Below are positions 58,992 through 64,000 of a DNA stretch of 64,000 nt, one piece after another. A program made the position numbers and the translations under genes. Source of the DNA: Mobula hypostoma (taxonomy: Eukaryota). Location: positions 204,788,001 through 204,852,000 of the forward strand of contig NC_086097.1 in assembly GCF_963921235.1 (NCBI RefSeq), read 5' to 3'. Position 1 is the stretch's first letter. The number at the start of each line of letters is the position of its first letter. Under the pieces are notes generated by a model that did not search any database, was not told the origin of the DNA, and saw nothing but the letters and a program-made list of their open reading frames with translations.

Positions 58992-60394
58992 GTTGAAGAT
59001 TATGGAATTGAAAAACTTACTGATTTAATCAATGACGTTTATGAGACTAGAATAATACCAGAAGAGACTAAAAAAAAAATCAGTACTTATCACTCTTCCT
59101 AAGAAACCTGGAGCAATAGAATGTGAATTACATAGGACCATAAGTTTAATGAGTCATATCACCAAGATACTTCTAAGAATTTTGATGACAAGAGCTAAAA
59201 GTAAGATACAAGCTGAAATAGGTAAAGAACAATGTGGTTTTGTGAAAGGCAAACGTACAAGAAACGCAATATTGATGTTAAGGATACTATCAGAACGAGC
59301 TATTCAAGTGCAAAAAGATTTGTTTGTTTGTTTTATCGACAACACAAAAGCATTTGATAAAGTGAAGCACAATAAGTTATTTGAAATATTACAGGAAGCT
59401 CTAGATCTAGATTTGAAAGACGTCTGCCTAATCAGAAATCTGTACTAGGAACAAACTGCCGCTGTAAGAATAGATGGAGAAGCGAGTCAGTTTACGAAAA
59501 TCAAGAGAGGAATTAGATAAGAGTGTGTTTTCTCCCCTGATTTATTTAATATGTACAGTGAAACAATATTACAAAAAAATAAGAGATCTTGGGAATCAAA
59601 GTTGGCGGCGAAAACATCAATAATTTCAGATATGCAGATGACACTGTGTTAATTGCAAGTACGGAGGAAGAAGTACAAAACTTAATTGATATAATTGTTG
59701 AAGAAAGTGCAAAAATGGGTCTATCTATCAATTGCAAAAAGACAGAATGTATGGTGATATCCAAAAAGAAGGAGAATCCTATCTGCAGGCTGAGAATAAA
59801 TGGGGAAAACATAAAACAATTACAGAACTTTTGCTACTTAGGAATCTGGGTGACATTAGATGGCAGGTGCGACATGGACATCAAAAGAAGGATAGAAATG
59901 GCAAAAGACACCTTTACAAGAATGAAGAGTATACTGACCAATACTAAACTAGGCATGACAACCCGCCTCAGAGTACTGAAATATTACATTTATCCAGTTA
60001 TGTTGGACAATATCTTAGTAACATGAGGAAACCAATTGAAGCAGCAGAGATGTGGTTTTTGAGGAGGGTGCAAAGAATATCATGGACGAAATGAATATCT
60101 GACGAGGATGTCATGAATAGAGCAAACACAAAAAGAGAAATAATGTATGAAATCATGAAAAGGCAATGTAACATCACTGGACGTGATTAGGAAAGAGGAG
60201 TTAGAATGCATGGTAATTATGGGAAATATTGAAGGGAAGAAAGCAAGAGGAAGACAAAGACAAATGATGATGGAGACAGCAGCCAGAGAACTGGAAATGA
60301 ATACCAATGAATTGATCCACTTGACCTGAAACAGGGGTGTGTGGGCCATGGCAGTCAAAGCTCAAACTGGGCATGGCACCTGATGATGATGATG
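58992..60394 (+). mobile_element. RTE-clade LINE, 5'-truncated RT pseudogene with (GAT)n tail and 9-bp TSD
   Basis: HRTISLMSH, EQCGFVKG, CFIDNTKAFDKV, NNFRYADDTVLIA, FCYLG, DIKRRI. attgtcttt at 58983-58991 and 60395-60403. Confidence 0.92.
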
Positions 60395-61059
60395 ATTGTC
60401 TTTTGACTTTCCTGATAGCTTTATGAAGATAAGGCCTTAGCTTATTGTTTAGGTCACATTATCCGACTTGAGTGCCGCAGATTTGGACTTCATATGGAAG
60501 TGGCCCTTTCAGTTCATCTATGGTTTCAGGTTCAGAAACTTCTGGATTGTCTTCTTCACTGCACAATCCTGTATATGCCTGTTGATGAAGTTCGGGACAA
60601 TGGTGACATATTCATTTAGACTGGCTGCTGAATTCTTGAAGATGAACCAGATGACCTATTCAAGGGTCACATAGAATATCATCTATTTCTTCAGACCAAC
60701 ATTGTATGACTTGCTGCTCTGGATCGTTCTATTTGAGTTTGTGTTTGATCGCAGGGAGAAGGAGCGCAGCCTCATGGCCTGATTTCCCAAGTGTGGGTGG
60801 GATGGATTGGTGGGCAATGTCTATGACTGCATAGCAATGGCTCATGATGTTTGTCTCTCTGGTTGGACAGGAGATATTTTGGAAGCATTTTGGTAGCTCA
60901 CTTTTGGAGTTGGCCAGCTTGAAGTAACTGGCTATGATGAAAAAGGGCTCAGTGTATCTTGTTCCGAGACAGTTAATCTATCTTCTGGATACACCAAAAA
61001 AATTCTGTCCCATCTATGCCTCTTCGTATGAAACAAACCAATGTTGGGGAAATTAAAGT

Positions 61060-61405
61060 GAGCCACTGCAATTACTACTTATTTCTATAATCTGTTGAAA
61101 TATCTGTTACACTATTTCCTACTGGTTATTGGGAGGCCTGTAGTATAACCCATCACATACTATACATTGCATATAGTATTATTCCCACAATCTATCCATT
61201 TTGTCTTATTGGATTATTCCTCCAGAATGTCCTCTTTGGGTGCTACTATGACATTCTTCATCATTAGTGGAGCAAGCCCACCTCATCTATCTTTCTCTAT
61301 TGTCTCTATAAAATCTGAATCCTGGCATGTTGAGGTGCCAGTCCTGCCCTTCTGTTAACCAAGTCTCTGTAATGTCTATAGCATCACAGTTCCATGTGCT
61401 AATCC
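61060..61405 (-). mobile_element. Old CR1 endonuclease fragment
   Basis: gggaggcctgtagtataac (YYRPPN on the minus strand) and ccaagtctctgtaatg (ITETW). Confidence 0.55.
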
Positions 61406-61859
61406 GAAATACTCCTTGCGATGCAACAATTATATGTCAGCCCATCTGCCAGACTATGCTCATTAACCTTGCTCTCTTGACAGGTAAGGTTGCATCTTTT
61501 GAGAGAAAAACTGAGTTAATGTTTTAGGTCAAAGATCTTGAGCACAAGAAAGGTGAGAAAACAAGTAAAGTTGGGAACAAAGAAAGGGAATATTTTTGGA
61601 GTGAAGCCAGAATTGCTCAAGTATATTCAGCATTTACTGAACCTTTAGGTTAGTCATTAGTCGGTGAGAGAGCAAGAGAGTGTGGACAGACAAACATATC
61701 TGTGAAAGCTGTTTACTGAAGCCTGAATGAACAATGTCAGAAATGCCCAGCACATCAATGGAATCTACTGAGGAGTGAAACAGCATGAATTTTACTGGCA
61801 GGTAATCCAACAGTAGAAGTGGCTAGTTCTGAAACAATCAGCGAAATATTAGTCATTTG

Positions 61860-62000
61860 AAATTGTTCAATTCAGAGGCTGTAATATGTCCAGAAGGAAG
61901 ATGAGGTGTTCTTCCTGAAGCTTACATGGACCTCCTTGGTAAAACTGCAGGGTCATAGTCAGAGAGGTCAGAATAGGAATGAAAACTTAGTGATAGACTC
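61860..62000 (-). mobile_element. Old PLE GIY-YIG C-terminal remnant
   Basis: gaagatgaggtgttcttcctgaagctta reads KLQEEHLIFLL on the minus strand. Confidence 0.5.
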
Positions 62001-62228
62001 AGTCACAGAAATGGCCAGTTCTGTTGTTGGGGTATCCATCTGTAAAATTCACCTTTCTCCACCCCATCCCCCACCCACCCCATGCAGATACTGCTTGATG
62101 TACTGGGCATTTCCAGCATTGTTCCTTCACCCTTGTAGTCTGCAGGGAGGTGCTACACAATATGCATTTGTAATCTTTTTCATTGCAGAGGGTATCATGT
62201 CATGATTAAATGCAAATACATTAGATTG

Positions 62229-62528
62229 GTGTGTGGTGCGTGGCCAAGTGGTTAGGGTTTTGGACTAGCGATCTGAAAGTCATGGGTTCGAGCCTCGGCT
62301 GAGGCAGCGTGTGTGTCCTTGAGCAAGGCACTTAACCACACAATGCTCCAGTATACCCAGCTGAGAATGGGTACCGGCAAAAATGCTGGGGGTTAACCTC
62401 GCGATAGATTGGCGTCCTATCTGGGGGCGGGGGGGGGCAGTCTTGTATTCTCAGTCACTTCACGCCACGGAAACCGGCATAAGCACCAGCCTGATGGGCC
62501 ACAAGGCTCGTGACAGACTTTAACCTTC
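62229..62528 (+). mobile_element. tRNA-derived SINE (CORE-like central domain) with 11-bp TSD
   Basis: A box tggccaagtgg (62241-62251), B box ggttcgagcc (62285-62294) and gtgtccttgagcaaggcacttaacc. TSD acattagattg at 62218-62228 and 62529-62539. Confidence 0.9.
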
Positions 62529-63589
62529 ACATTAGATTGAAAGGATTGCAATGAATCACTGCATCCCTTGGAAGGAGGGTCTAGGTGAAGGCACATGAAA
62601 GCGAAATAGTAGATGACCCCTATTCTGCAGTGAGAAATCACTGTGAGATGGGAAATGGTTGTTAAAGATAAAAGAAAGGATGTAGCAAAAGAAACAGTCC
62701 CTTTGGACTACTGAAGGGTGAGGGGAGAAGAAAATGTGAATGGTACTAGAATATATTGGGGATGGTAGAACTTTCTAAGTCTTTCATCTCAAACATTATC
62801 CCTGCTGTGTATTGGAAAATTGATGCAACACAGAGTAGTGCAATTTTGTAAACATCTCCCCCATCAAGATCCAATACCACAGCACCTATCAAGAAATCTG
62901 GCTGCCGACTCTCTGGCTGACACAATTATTTCCTTTTCCAAAAGTTTCCCAAATGATGCCATATGTCAATCAGTGCTTGAAATTTATTTCTTTTGGCTTG
63001 AAAATAATTGTTTTTATTGGTTCAGAGACAAGCTGGTTTTCCCTGTAACTGTGCTATTTAAAGAGCCAATGCTCAAACTGAATTTTTTATCTTTGCAGAT
63101 CACTGATCAACTGTGATCTCAAAAATCTGACTGACTTGTGGCTGGAGGTCCAAGTCACAGTCACTATCAACTTTCTAGAGGATCCCTCTAGGTTGCTGTT
63201 GCTGATTAATGCAACAACTGATAACTATTGTTTATTGCTATCTGGAAGGACTCCAAAACGACTTATCAAGGGTAGAAAACTTTGTCTATTTTTCCAGTAG
63301 TAGGAGGAGCAGGCAGAACAGCCAATCAGTATTTATTGGAGTTGTAGACTTCCTCAAAGGATGGAGATTCATAGTTTCAGTCCATGTATGATAACTTCTC
63401 ACAGCAGCTATCCTGACAACAATGTGATTCCTTTGCAAAAAAGGCTTTTTTTCTGTAGCTGCTACTCTTTACCAGCCTGCTTCGGTCTCTTTGACCACTT
63501 GAGAGCACAATGACATTATACACACATACACAACGTTGGAACTTTCTGCAGCTTTTTCCAATCCTGTGCAATGGCCCCTGCAAACCAAC

Positions 63590-64000
63590 TATAGTTGTGG
63601 CATCGAAAAATTTATAGATACTGTTTGAGATGTGCCTAGCCACACAGTTATTGGTGTACAGAGAGTAGTTCAGTGGGCTAGCCACACATCCTTAAGGTGC
63701 ACCAGTGTTGATAGTTAGAGAGGAGGAGTTGTTATTTCCAATCCTCACAGACAGTGGTCATCTGGAGAGTCTGCTGATCCTGTTACAGTTTAGTGCTGAG
63801 GGTATGATGGTCTTGAACGCTGAACTGTAATGAATAAACAGCAGCCTGACGTAAGTATTGCTCCTGTTCAGGTGGTCCAAGGCCAAGTAGTGGATCAGTG
63901 ATACTGCATCTGCTGTTGATCTATTGTGGCGATAGGCAAATTGCAATAGGTCCAGGTCCTTGCTTACCCAAACATTGATTGTGGTCATAACCAACTTCTC
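63590..64000 (-). mobile_element. Rex1/Babar-like RT fragment running off the window end
   Basis: LQFAYRHNRSTADAVS, YVRLLFIHYSSAFKTIIP, IYKFFDATT. Confidence 0.8.

Noticed and set aside
62229..62300. tRNA gene (also 17215-17289)
   Set aside because: The A and B boxes continue into a SINE body, the 62229 copy has a TSD, and there is no convincing cloverleaf or terminator.
867..63994. Long ORFs as host genes
   Set aside because: All recognisable ORFs are broken LINE, PLE or transposase fragments, or their antisense frames. No exon chain could be assembled.

Overview
This window is eukaryotic, repeat-dominated DNA, probably intronic or intergenic. The element families suggest a cartilaginous fish (ray or shark); that is an inference from repeat content only. 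I found no intact host protein-coding gene, rRNA, true tRNA or CRISPR array. Almost every ORF in the track is a fragment, or the antisense shadow, of a decayed transposable element. Contents: many CR1 LINEs (an old decayed layer, a (TCTTATGG)n-tailed group and a younger (TTCTATG)n-tailed group), Rex1/Babar-like and RTE LINEs, two Tigger/pogo deletion derivatives, two solo-LTR families with two copies each, two tRNA-derived SINEs, and about a dozen Penelope-like element (PLE) termini. The most notable signal is in the PLE termini. They carry a minimal type-I hammerhead ribozyme motif (agtc-CTGANGA-stem II-GAAA-CG-TC-gact). They occur as ~90-970 bp insertions with 8-14 bp target-site duplications (TSDs), three of them as fold-back inverted units, and their 5' breakpoints cluster at the ribozyme. 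There is also a four-level nested insertion at 41.5-48.4 kb. Boundaries of old decayed copies are approximate. All family assignments come from reading motifs by eye, not from database searches.
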